A stretch of 64,000 nucleotides of DNA from assembly GCA_965242725.1 (NCBI GenBank), contig CBDESZ010000016.1:128001-192000 (forward strand), written 5' to 3'. Origin of the DNA: Alkalispirochaeta sp. (GTDB taxonomy: Bacteria > Spirochaetota > Spirochaetia > DSM-27196 > Alkalispirochaetaceae). Made by a program: the position numbers and the translations under genes. The notes beneath the pieces are model-generated. The model did not search any database. It was not told where the DNA came from and saw only the letters and a program-made list of their open reading frames with translations. Positions 29,725 to 38,530 of the stretch are shown piece by piece; the stretch's first letter is position 1, and the number at the start of each line of letters is the position of its first letter.

Positions 29725-30969
29725 ATGAATACAGGCGGCGGCGTTTCCAACGGACTGGCGATCATGCAGGTACTCAACCTGATTCGGGTACATGGACCGG
29801 TCACACGGGCGCGACTCGGAGAAATGAGCGGCTATTCCCGCTCCACGATTTCAATAAACAGCGATCGCCTCCTTGAGATGGACCTGATCCGAGAGGAACC
29901 TTCCCAGACGGGCGGACGGAAGTCCAAACGGACACAGCTGCGGGTCAACGGCGAAAAAGGTGTCATCGCCGGCATCGAATTGGGCGCGACGGGCTGTGAA
30001 ATCGGACTCTGCAACCTTGAAGCCGAACTTCTCGGCTACGACTCCTACCCGATAACCATGAAGCGCGGCCCCGGACCCATCATGAAACACATACGGGATA
30101 CCATAGACGCGCTCCTCAGTCGGCCCGAAATCAAGGGGAAACCCCTCCTTGGCATCGGTGTCGGTCTTCCCTGTTCCGTCGATTTCAACAGGGGATTTGC
30201 CGTAAGCAGCTCGTTCATGCCCGGATGGACCGCCTTCCCGGTACGTGACATCCTCCGCGACGCGTATCAGTGTCCCGTATTTGTCGATAACGAAGTGAAT
30301 ACGATGGCCCTTGGTGAGTACTCTCTCGGGACGGATCGCAAGTATAAAAACATGCTCTACGTCAAAGTGGGGACAGGCATCGGCGCGGGCCTGATCATCA
30401 ACGGCGAAATCTATCGCGGAAGTACCGGCGTCGCAGGCAATCTGGGACATGTCTCCATAGACGGCAACGGAACGCCGTGCAAATGCGGTCGGGTCGGCTG
30501 TGTAGAGGCGATAGCCGGCGGGGGCGCCATCGCGGAACAGGCACGAAAAATCGTTGAAAGCGGAGAAGACGGCCTGCTCGCTTCGATATGTGCGGATGCC
30601 GGCCAGGTGACGGCGCAGGAAGTACAGCTCGCGGCGGAAGCGGGGGACCCCCGTTCCATAGAAATAATCCAACAGGCGGGAACCGTCCTTGGAGAAGTAC
30701 TCGGCAGGTTTGTCACCTTCCTCGATCCTTCCGTGGTGATCATCGGAGGCGGATTGGCGGGATTCGGTCCAACATACCTATCCTTTATCAGAGAAGGCAT
30801 CGTGCATCAATCGGAGCCCCGGGTACACGCCAACCTGCCGGTCCTCTTTTCAACCTTCGGGGACAAGGCGGGCATCATCGGCTCGGCGATCCTGTGCACA
30901 AAGGAAATTTTCAGAAGCGGCGAACTTCTCGCCTCCCTGTCTACTGAGGAGACGCCGTCAGACCGGTAA
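29725..30969 (+). CDS. ROK-family transcriptional repressor
   Basis: N-terminal HTH; VFVDNEVN, GTGIGAG, GH...CKCGRVGCVEA. Confidence 0.95.
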   Translation: MNTGGGVSNGLAIMQVLNLIRVHGPVTRARLGEMSGYSRSTISINSDRLLEMDLIREEPSQTGGRKSKRTQLRVNGEKGVIAGIELGATGCEIGLCNLEAELLGYDSYPITMKRGPGPIMKHIRDTIDALLSRPEIKGKPLLGIGVGLPCSVDFNRGFAVSSSFMPGWTAFPVRDILRDAYQCPVFVDNEVNTMALGEYSLGTDRKYKNMLYVKVGTGIGAGLIINGEIYRGSTGVAGNLGHVSIDGNGTPCKCGRVGCVEAIAGGGAIAEQARKIVESGEDGLLASICADAGQVTAQEVQLAAEAGDPRSIEIIQQAGTVLGEVLGRFVTFLDPSVVIIGGGLAGFGPTYLSFIREGIVHQSEPRVHANLPVLFSTFGDKAGIIGSAILCTKEIFRSGELLASLSTEETPSDR

Positions 30970-32133
30970 CGGGGAAATCTGATCGATCTGCTTTCGATTA
31001 ATGAGGACAAGCACCATCGCGATCAGCGGAAGCAGACCATACCCGCCGTATAAGACGTTGTAACCGTAGAGATCGACGATTCGGCCTCCAAGAGAGCTGC
31101 CGACAAACCCGGCGAGCCCAAACCCTATGGCAATATACAGGGCGATACCCAGTCCGCGGTGCTCAACCGGCGACCGTCGCCTGATAAAGGCGAGGGCGCT
31201 CGTGTGCAGGGTTCCATAGGTCAGACCATGCAGAATCTGCACAACATAGAGCGGCGCGATCGTCGGCGTAAGAAAGTAGATATACAGACGAACGGTCCCC
31301 GCACCGAGACTCACAAGTAACAACCGCGAAATGTTGAATCGTCTGATCAAATACCCGGAAAAGAAGATAAAGGGAACCTCCGCGAGGGGGCCTATCGCCC
31401 AGAATCCTGAAACCCGGGAAACACCGAATCGCTCCTGCACAAAAAGGGAGAAAAAATAGTAGTGCGAGGCCATCGCCATGATCATCAGAAAGACGATGGC
31501 GATACCCGCCCAAAAGACCGGCGGAAAGGACCTGAGCGCCGCGAGAGTGATTTTCGGCGGCGCCGCATCGATGTGCACCCGTGCTCGAGGCAGGAACTGT
31601 ACAAAGACGGCGTAGGTGACCGCCATCAGTCCGAAGCCGGTAATAATCGACACTAATGAAGAGGCATCGATCCAACCGGTCAACTGGACGACAAGGGCGG
31701 CGGAGAAAAATCCGAGGCTGCCCGCAAGACGCGCCTTGCCGTAATTCTGCTCAAACCCGGGCAGTGTGTGGGATGCGTAGGCGTCAATGAGCGAAAAATG
31801 GCTCTTGTAGAGGAAACCCATCGGTGCGATAAGGAGAAACGCGACCGCAGTCAGTGTGTTGAAGTACTGCAGTACGAACAGGCCGACCACAAGAAGGATG
31901 CTTCCGCTCATAATCCGTCTGAAGTGACCCGTTCTGTCGCCAAGCGCCCCCAGCGCGATGGGACCCAGCACGCCGGCAAGCTCGTACACGCCAAGCATCA
32001 CACCTATTAGCGACGCGGAATACCCCTTGCCCTTTAAAAAAAGCTGAAGAAAGGGCGTCATGATGCCCAGAGAGGCGTTATAAAAGAAAAAGCTCAGCGC
32101 AAAGGAAAGTATCGGTAGGCGTCCCATAACCAT
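30958..32133 (-). CDS. MFS transporter (MFS_1_like/HcaT-like)
   Basis: About 12 TM segments; YGKARLAGSLG, AEVPF, QILHGLTYG. Confidence 0.9.
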   Translation of the reverse strand: MVMGRLPILSFALSFFFYNASLGIMTPFLQLFLKGKGYSASLIGVMLGVYELAGVLGPIALGALGDRTGHFRRIMSGSILLVVGLFVLQYFNTLTAVAFLLIAPMGFLYKSHFSLIDAYASHTLPGFEQNYGKARLAGSLGFFSAALVVQLTGWIDASSLVSIITGFGLMAVTYAVFVQFLPRARVHIDAAPPKITLAALRSFPPVFWAGIAIVFLMIMAMASHYYFFSLFVQERFGVSRVSGFWAIGPLAEVPFIFFSGYLIRRFNISRLLLVSLGAGTVRLYIYFLTPTIAPLYVVQILHGLTYGTLHTSALAFIRRRSPVEHRGLGIALYIAIGFGLAGFVGSSLGGRIVDLYGYNVLYGGYGLLPLIAMVLVLINRKQIDQISPLPV

Positions 32134-32198
32134 GGCTCCTCCAACAGGATTTCGTACCGTATACGGGTCCGCCGTCCCGTAGCAAGAACCCGGAGAAT

Positions 32199-32222
32199 CG
32201 TCACGTCACGTCACGTCACGTC
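32199..32222. repeat. Pentanucleotide tandem repeat (CGTCA)x4.8
   Basis: CGTCACGTCACGTCACGTCACGTC in the divergent intergenic region. Confidence 0.85.
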
Positions 32223-32323
32223 CGGGAGGCCTCAAAAAAACGAATCCACGGCAACACCACTCAAAAACGCAGTAGAATGGACTCATATTGCATGCGGGGT
32301 ATCCGGAATCCAGGGAGAACAAA

Positions 32324-32728
32324 ATGGAAAAAACCATACCAGGGGTAGCGGCAATTGCGGGGAAGTGGATGGTATTGATCGGCATCACGTTACTTGCGAT
32401 ATCGTGTGTCGGCAGTCGCGAGGCGCTGAAGGAAGTCCGGGAAATGCCGATCGCCCACATTGAAATTTCGACAATTCCCGACGGGAGCTATGAAGGCTCC
32501 TTCAGCTATTCCAACACCATGCAGCGCGTACGGGTACGCGTCACCGACGGGCGGATCACCGCCATCGATGTCCTGGAGGGCAGCGAGAGCAGGCACGGAC
32601 TGCAGGGTCGCACCGTGCTTGAAAGGGTCATCGCGGAACAGCGCGTCGACGTTGAGGCGGTCAGCGGCGCCACAACAACAAGCAAAGCGTACCTGAAAGC
32701 GGTTGAGAAGGCACTTGCCGACAACTGA
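32324..32728 (+). CDS. FMN-binding (FMN_bind) lipoprotein
   Basis: LAISC lipobox; DGSYEG; VEAVSGATTTS, similar to the flavinylation motif. Confidence 0.85.
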   Translation: MEKTIPGVAAIAGKWMVLIGITLLAISCVGSREALKEVREMPIAHIEISTIPDGSYEGSFSYSNTMQRVRVRVTDGRITAIDVLEGSESRHGLQGRTVLERVIAEQRVDVEAVSGATTTSKAYLKAVEKALADN

Positions 32729-32731
32729 GAA

Positions 32732-33271
32732 TCAGCTACGCCTCACGGGAGTCGGGCCACCTTTGTTGCGACCGATACCCGGCACCCGCGGTATCCACAT
32801 CGGAACACTCCGCCTATACGCCTCGTAGTCCGTCCCGAATCTCCTCACCAGGTTCGGTTCTTCCCAAACCTTGAAATAGATTGAATTGGCGACCGAGAAC
32901 AGGACGGTCCAGCCAAACAACGACACGCGATTGGCCCACAGAGCTTCAGCCAGAATCATCAAAAGCACGCTTGAGATCATTGGATTTCGTGTCCTGCGAT
33001 AGACCCCCTGTGTAACGAGGTGGTGCGTCGGATCCCATGGCGCCAACGTACCTTTACCGACCGAGATGAATGTACGGAGCGTGACAACAAAGAATACAAA
33101 CCCACAACCAAACAACAGAATCGCGGTACCACGACCAACGAGTGGGTGACTGAGGAGCACATCGACCGCCGTTTGCGGAAAGAAGCGGACCAGAAGGCTC
33201 GGAACAACCACCACACTGGCCACCGGAAGTGAGAGCGCCTTGATATGACGGAACAACTCGGTATTCAGCAC
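32732..33271 (-). CDS. Isoprenylcysteine carboxylmethyltransferase/PEMT-family membrane protein
   Basis: GKGTLAPWDP, GVYRRTRNPM, EEPNLVRRFG. Confidence 0.88.
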   Translation of the reverse strand: MLNTELFRHIKALSLPVASVVVVPSLLVRFFPQTAVDVLLSHPLVGRGTAILLFGCGFVFFVVTLRTFISVGKGTLAPWDPTHHLVTQGVYRRTRNPMISSVLLMILAEALWANRVSLFGWTVLFSVANSIYFKVWEEPNLVRRFGTDYEAYRRSVPMWIPRVPGIGRNKGGPTPVRRS

Positions 33272-33342
33272 GACCGGCTCCCTCCCGGAAGATGGCGGCT
33301 ATCTGCGCGGATTGAACGTGGCTACCGCTTCCGGCAAAAATT

Positions 33343-34377
33343 TCATACATCGGTGCCTATCAGGTTGAGCTCCGCCACCGCCATTTCCAACAGGCCCTTA
33401 ATCTCAGGCCAGGTGGTGTCAAATTTGCGATCTGTATCAATGCGGTGTACCACCACAAGTTTTTGTTCCGGGAGCACGGCCAATAGGTGAACTCCCAGGC
33501 CGGTATGGTAGAAACCAAAACCTAACCCCGCCTCCTGCGGAATAATGCGCCACAAATAGCCGTAGGGATCACCGAAGGGATTTTCGACCGGATACACCGT
33601 GGTGCTCTCATCGATCCACGACTTCGGCACAATAACATTGCCTTCCCAGGTTCCTCCGTTGGCATAAAGCCTTCCGAAACGCGCCATGTCTCGGGAGGAC
33701 ATACGAAAGAAATACGACGGATGCGCTGATTTTTTTTCTTCCGTCACATATGTGCCGTCGCTCGGCGTAAAGTCCTCCATCCCGATAGGCTCTGCAATCT
33801 GCTCAAAGAAAGCCTCGAAGATATCTTCGCCGGTGACATTTCTGAAAATAGTACCGAGCGCATTGAAGTCCCAATTATTGTAGTAAAAGAAGGTACCCGG
33901 TGTATGACTTCCTCGCGGCGGTCGCGCATCAACCATCGAGGGGGCTTCTCCGCCCGCTTCATGATAAACGCCCGATCTTGATAGCAACAGATCCCGGACA
34001 CGTGCCTGTTTTTCTTCGTCGGTCAGACGCGGTGGAATATCGTCGATCCCGAGCTCGGCAAGCGATTGGTCCAGGTCAATCATTCCCCGGTCGCGGTAAA
34101 TCCCGTACAAAGCGCCCAAAAAGGGCTTGCGGATGGAGTGGCACTGATACTCGCGAGCGACATCCCCGAACTGGAATACCACCTGTCCGTCTCTCTCGAT
34201 CAACAGGACGGCAGTTCCTATCTCTTCCGCCCGCGAATATATGCGACGTATCGCCGCGTTATCGTGATCGTTCTCCGGCACGGTCGATCGTCGGGTTGCG
34301 TTTTGCTGACACGACTGCATCAACGTCGCAAGCACCAAAATTGCGACAACTTTCCTGTAAACCTGCCTAATTTGCAC
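33343..34377 (-). CDS. Serine hydrolase of the beta-lactamase class C-like family, probable lipoprotein (start uncertain)
   Basis: SIRK (SxxK), YNN (YxN), HTG; LMQSC lipobox. Confidence 0.88.
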   Translation of the reverse strand: MQIRQVYRKVVAILVLATLMQSCQQNATRRSTVPENDHDNAAIRRIYSRAEEIGTAVLLIERDGQVVFQFGDVAREYQCHSIRKPFLGALYGIYRDRGMIDLDQSLAELGIDDIPPRLTDEEKQARVRDLLLSRSGVYHEAGGEAPSMVDARPPRGSHTPGTFFYYNNWDFNALGTIFRNVTGEDIFEAFFEQIAEPIGMEDFTPSDGTYVTEEKKSAHPSYFFRMSSRDMARFGRLYANGGTWEGNVIVPKSWIDESTTVYPVENPFGDPYGYLWRIIPQEAGLGFGFYHTGLGVHLLAVLPEQKLVVVHRIDTDRKFDTTWPEIKGLLEMAVAELNLIGTDV

Positions 34378-34591
34378 GCCGGAGTAACCTCCTGCTCTCT
34401 TCCAGACGAGAAACCGGGACAAACAACCTTACTCCCTGCACCACGGTCTGGCCGATAGCAAGGCCGCCACAGTCGTCGGACCATAGTCTGCAGGGAATCC
34501 CAAAGCCATGAAGGATGTTGCGGGCCAGCTCCGCTTCGGGATGATTCCGAAACTCACCCACAACGACCCACGTATTTGAGTCGGTCTCCAT
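34367..34591 (-). CDS. DUF2007-like small protein
   Basis: EAELARNILHGFGIPC...GVRLFV...RRLL pattern; GGAG RBS. Confidence 0.7.
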   Translation of the reverse strand: METDSNTWVVVGEFRNHPEAELARNILHGFGIPCRLWSDDCGGLAIGQTVVQGVRLFVPVSRLEESRRLLRRAN

Positions 34592-34935
34592 GAGAAAATC
34601 TCCGAAAAGTACGCCGCTTTTACACGGCTGATACAAGTTTCGTTCGCGAGATTAAAAAGATCAATTTGTGGAACATAAGGTAGATTTGAGGTAGATTTCA
34701 GCGTCGAATCGCCCGTCTCTTATGTGCAAGAATTGAACCCCCGGAGGGGAAATCGGGATTGCACGAAACAACCTGCTGTCCGCTTTCACAGAAATCGCAG
34801 TGCGGTATCCGCCGTAACCAGACGTCTTTTTTTTGAAGGTCTCGGAGGTTCTCATTTGCGGAATCCCCGTATCTCTTGTCGTGAGGTATCTAAGTGCTAT
34901 CGCTGGAGAAGTAAAAAGTCGTTTCGATGACAGGC

Positions 34936-34959
34936 ACTTCGTGATCGAAGTTGTATATT
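34936..34959 (+). promoter_or_regulatory. TA operator palindrome and -10 box
   Basis: ACTTCG-TGAT-CGAAGT (34936-34951), then TATATT 6 nt before the GTG start. Confidence 0.55.
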
Positions 34960-34965
34960 TTTGGT

Positions 34966-35193
34966 GTGAAAGTTAAGACCTCCGTCATGCTTTCCGAAGA
35001 ACTCCTGGCTGCTATCGATCAAGAAACGCACGGAAAAAACCGCTCGGTACTTATCGAAGAAGCCTCCTGGAGTTATCTCCGATCGCGTAGACGTCAAGAA
35101 CGTCAAGAACGAGAACTCGACAGAATCAACAGCGACGCAGTAAAGCTGAACAAAGAAGCTCTCGATACAATTGAGTTTCAAGAGGTCGAATGA
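34966..35193 (+). CDS. Ribbon-helix-helix antitoxin
   Basis: KTSVMLSEELLAAID...NRSVLIEEA; 4-bp overlap with the toxin. Confidence 0.85.
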   Translation: MKVKTSVMLSEELLAAIDQETHGKNRSVLIEEASWSYLRSRRRQERQERELDRINSDAVKLNKEALDTIEFQEVE

Positions 35194-35519
35194 AACGCGG
35201 TGACATCTACCTCGTGAAAAAGCCGTCGAATGATGAGCCGGAGCGACGCCGGGCGTTTGTCGTCGTCAGTCGCCAGGTTCTTATCGATTCGAAGTACGCT
35301 ACCGTTATGTGCGCTCCGATTTATTCTGCAATCTCCGGATTGGACACCCAAGTCATCATTGGAACACCGGAAGGTATGAACCACGAGAGCGCAATTCATT
35401 GCGACAATCTGGTCAGTCTTCCCAAGTCCATCCTTACAGATCTCGTCGGATCCCTTGGCTCGGAAAAAACGTGCCAGCTTGACCAAGCGCTTTCTATTGC
35501 GCTTCATCTCGATGAATAG
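35190..35519 (+). CDS. mazF: PemK/MazF-family toxin (endoribonuclease)
   Basis: MKRGDIYLV, RRAFVVVSR, CAPI, SAIHCDNL. Confidence 0.9.
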   Translation: MKRGDIYLVKKPSNDEPERRRAFVVVSRQVLIDSKYATVMCAPIYSAISGLDTQVIIGTPEGMNHESAIHCDNLVSLPKSILTDLVGSLGSEKTCQLDQALSIALHLDE

Positions 35520-35629
35520 GCCATACGGTCATCTTCTTTGGTCGTGCCGCCGGTATGTATTCCAACCGCAAATATGTCTCGATCGATCGGTTGGGAAGTT
35601 CGTCGGAAAACACTCCGGGCGGATCAATA

Positions 35630-35762
35630 AACAGATGGTAGAGCTGAGCCGCTGGATACGGCGGTGAGCGTGAGCGAGCCGACTGGCGCGCCCGTTGCCG
35701 GCGCCAGCCGACTAGCAACGAGCGTGACAGAAGCAACAATCGGCTGGAACGACTTGTTAGAT
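35630..35762 (-). mobile_element. Integron attC site with a degenerate R' end
   Basis: Minus strand: ATCTAAC (R'') AAGTC GTTCCAGCCG ... internal stem ... CGGCTCAGC TCTACC; the expected GTTRRRY reads ATCTGTT. Confidence 0.72.
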
Positions 35763-35768
35763 GGCGAC

Positions 35769-36461
35769 TCAGACGGTAATTGGGTCAATCAGCGTTTCTT
35801 TAAGCGTCTTCACGAGCTCCAGCTCATATTGGATGTCATCAATCCTCTGTTGCGACGAGATCCCTGCGTGTTGATTGATCTGAATCGTGAAGCTTTTGAA
35901 AGGTATAATGATGCTCGAAAGCGTGGCCCCATCATCGATGAAACGATCGAAGATGGGCTCATGACTGAGATCTGCTCCAAATAAGGCGGATGCAGATACC
36001 CTAGTACTCACTTTTCGAAACCACGCTCCCAGAAAGTCTGGCACCCGCCCCTTGAGAGCATGGAGATCAAGCGTTAGCTCGTGGACTTTAGTTTTGAGTG
36101 TTGAGTTATTCTTGATAGTTCGAAGCACGTCTTTGGATACGAATGACTGTACTGCAATTAATCCAAAACCCTGTTCCGGTTCACGGTAGAACGGAAATTT
36201 GAAGTTTTTAAGGTATTCGTTGAAGTTGACACGAACGGGTTCGCCTTCGAAAAAACCAAAAGCGGTTCCGGAATCCTTGAGGATCATCTCGTGCGAGAAC
36301 TCGAACAATTCGAACCCGTGATAGTCTATGTTGCGCTTAGTGATTTGCGTATCCGGAGGCTTTGTAAACCCCTCCAGAGACTCACCCTTTGCCGTAGAAA
36401 TGGTCTCATTGATATCTAGTTGGGGAAAAGCTTCAACTCGGACGATTCTATAAGAGTTCAC
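35769..36461 (-). CDS. Hypothetical protein (230 aa), second gene of a two-gene integron cassette
   Basis: GTG start overlaps the upstream TAG (TAGTG); stop lies 6 nt before R''; low GC. Confidence 0.75.
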   Translation of the reverse strand: MNSYRIVRVEAFPQLDINETISTAKGESLEGFTKPPDTQITKRNIDYHGFELFEFSHEMILKDSGTAFGFFEGEPVRVNFNEYLKNFKFPFYREPEQGFGLIAVQSFVSKDVLRTIKNNSTLKTKVHELTLDLHALKGRVPDFLGAWFRKVSTRVSASALFGADLSHEPIFDRFIDDGATLSSIIIPFKSFTIQINQHAGISSQQRIDDIQYELELVKTLKETLIDPITV

Positions 36462-37228
36462 TATGCGAGTCCCTTTAAGTTGACGACATCCAAGGCATCG
36501 CTGGAGAGAGCCGAGAATAACTTGGCTCGAATGCTCAACGAGTTTTTGCTTACCCAAAGAGACTCATTGGCACTATTGGGTAGGCGGACCTTGCAGTCAA
36601 ACTGTTGAATGCTCTGCTCGGGTAGACGCCGAAGCCAATAAGAATAGAATGGACTCCGCTCCCCGTAGTCAATGCGTAACTCGAACATCCGCTCCGCACC
36701 ACTATCCTGCCTCATGTAGTTGCCAATAGTTTCCAGAAGTTGAGACAGTTGCGACATTCTACGCGAAGCGACCCTCATTGGCACGTCAAACTTTGCGGTC
36801 TTAATGAACAGTTCGAGTTGGTCGCCGTAAGGCTGAAGACGAAGCTCAATGAGAATTCGTTCCTGCCATATGAATGCCAAGTAGTCGTCGGATGATTGCA
36901 CGATCCGCGCCGTGCTATCACTAAGTGCAGTCGAGGCAGATCCAATGTCGAAATCGAGGACACTCCAATATCTCGCAGTAAGCTCCCATGATGTGTAGTC
37001 ATGTCGAAGCCGAAGGATGAGTCTTTGAACAAACAGGAACAATTTGTAGTTTGAGTTATAGAATGCCTGAAACGTCGCAATAAGATAACTGCCGAGTGCT
37101 ACTGCGCTTTCGATGGAATTCCATTCGGATATGATCCGGTCTCTGAAGACAAAATAGAGCGTTGGAACACCCAAAAAGAAGATGAATGCAAGTACCGGAA
37201 CAGCAAACCGTGGCGTCGATCTACTCAT
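36461..37228 (-). CDS. Hypothetical membrane protein (255 aa, two N-terminal hydrophobic segments), first gene of the two-gene cassette
   Basis: FAVPVLAFIFFLGVPTLYFVF and SAVALGSYLIATFQAFY; starts about 60 nt after R'. Confidence 0.78.
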   Translation of the reverse strand: MSRSTPRFAVPVLAFIFFLGVPTLYFVFRDRIISEWNSIESAVALGSYLIATFQAFYNSNYKLFLFVQRLILRLRHDYTSWELTARYWSVLDFDIGSASTALSDSTARIVQSSDDYLAFIWQERILIELRLQPYGDQLELFIKTAKFDVPMRVASRRMSQLSQLLETIGNYMRQDSGAERMFELRIDYGERSPFYSYWLRRLPEQSIQQFDCKVRLPNSANESLWVSKNSLSIRAKLFSALSSDALDVVNLKGLA

Positions 37229-37238
37229 CACATAGAGA

Positions 37239-37267
37239 ATATTAGCACGAGACGTTCTTGCACACAA
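37239..37267 (-). promoter_or_regulatory. Cassette-internal promoter
   Basis: TTGTGT-17 bp-TAATAT with TGn extension, 7 nt before GTG-ATG. Confidence 0.55.
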
Positions 37268-37287
37268 ACACGTGTTTAGTATTCGCC

Positions 37288-37403
37288 ATCTAACGTTGGC
37301 TTGAGCTGCTGGCTCCGGCCCGAGCAAAGCGAGGGATTGGCGCGGTTGTTGCGTACGCGACAACCGTGCCAAAGGAACAGCCAGCTCGAAGCCGTTGTTA
37401 TGT
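37288..37403 (-). mobile_element. Integron attC site (intact, 116 bp)
   Basis: Minus strand: ACATAAC (R'') AACG GCTT(C)GAGC (L'' with extra C) ... central hairpin ... GCTCAAGC (L') CAAC GTTAGAT (R'). Confidence 0.9.
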
Positions 37404-37438
37404 TGCACGCAACACAGGACAGCCATCGAATAGGGAAT

Positions 37439-38395
37439 CTACCTATCCGTCAATTCGCTCATGCTCTTTGTGTACGCGCGATTTCGAGAAACATCGAGTG
37501 ATTCCACGTCATGGAAACGCTCTTTTGCGTTGTTCCAGACGATCAACGGCTCATAATCCGGATAGTCACCGGGGCGTGCACTTATAGGGAACTTGCCAAC
37601 GAAAGTGTTGAGAATTCGTACGTAGGCGAATACGGACGTGTCTGTCTTATTCACGAACGCAATGTTGTGGTGTTGGTATTCTTCAAAAGGATCATACGCG
37701 TCGTTACTGCTTCGGACTACAGATATGTATTGGGCGTACTCGTTCGTGTATTGCCGATTTGATGCTGCCACTATCGCAGACCGTGCTTTGGCACAGCTCG
37801 GATCAGCCAAAAAACCCGTACCTAACCACATACTTGCAAGTTCAAAGGCGATTTTATACATCGCGATGGAAAGCTGAGCAAAGTCAATCGAAAACCTTAT
37901 GGTCATTGGCGGAGCTGGTTCATCAATGATCGTCATATCTCTAACTAGTTCATCTTTGCTCAAACACTGTAGTCCTTGTTTTCGTCTTTTCCGGTTTACA
38001 TGGTCCAACACCATGTCGATTTCATTGATATCTGCGGTCATGGTCACAAGTGTCCTGTCCGATTCGATAACCTTTTCTTCAAAAGAAAACGGCGCTACTA
38101 TCCGAGTTGGCTGCCCCCGATCATTAAATTCGTATGTGTACTTCTGTCCGTCCTGCCCCCGCAACGCCTTATTGTAAAACGCCGTTGAAAGCTTACCGTC
38201 CTTGTCCCGAATCTGATTTAGGAGCATTGCCATCCGAATGGGGAAACAATCCGTCAGATGTACGTCGACAGAATGCCCAAGTTTGGCGTTGCAGTCCTTG
38301 CACACGAACCGGACACACAGAGATCCTCCAATAGCTTCAGGAAAGACGTGCTCGTCACTGGGTTCGCAATTGCGCTGACAGAAAACGCAGGTCAT
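37439..38395 (-). CDS. HNH endonuclease (HNH_5-like) in an integron cassette
   Basis: CVFC...SDEHVFPEAIGG...VCKDCNAKLG. Confidence 0.88.
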   Translation of the reverse strand: MTCVFCQRNCEPSDEHVFPEAIGGSLCVRFVCKDCNAKLGHSVDVHLTDCFPIRMAMLLNQIRDKDGKLSTAFYNKALRGQDGQKYTYEFNDRGQPTRIVAPFSFEEKVIESDRTLVTMTADINEIDMVLDHVNRKRRKQGLQCLSKDELVRDMTIIDEPAPPMTIRFSIDFAQLSIAMYKIAFELASMWLGTGFLADPSCAKARSAIVAASNRQYTNEYAQYISVVRSSNDAYDPFEEYQHHNIAFVNKTDTSVFAYVRILNTFVGKFPISARPGDYPDYEPLIVWNNAKERFHDVESLDVSRNRAYTKSMSELTDR

Positions 38396-38421
38396 CGGCA
38401 GTCATTCTAACAGATTCGATT

Positions 38422-38434
38422 CGTGCAACATAAC
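38422..38434 (-). mobile_element. Cassette crossover core site (attI-like or secondary site)
   Basis: Minus-strand GTTATGTTGCACG is the exact complement of the cassette's inverse core CGTGCAACATAAC at 37397-37409. Confidence 0.75.
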
Positions 38435-38530
38435 ATCCTCCACTCCAGACTTTTCTGTATAACTCCGGTTCCCCGTCCTCCCCCTCACAACGTGGTTGTC
38501 AGACAAACGGGAAATCCTGGAAACTGATGC

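Noticed and set aside
32732..33271. ICMT-family gene as the SrsB/BpsB-type partner of the type III PKS
   Set aside because: It is 25 kb away in a different accessory context, with no linkage evidence.
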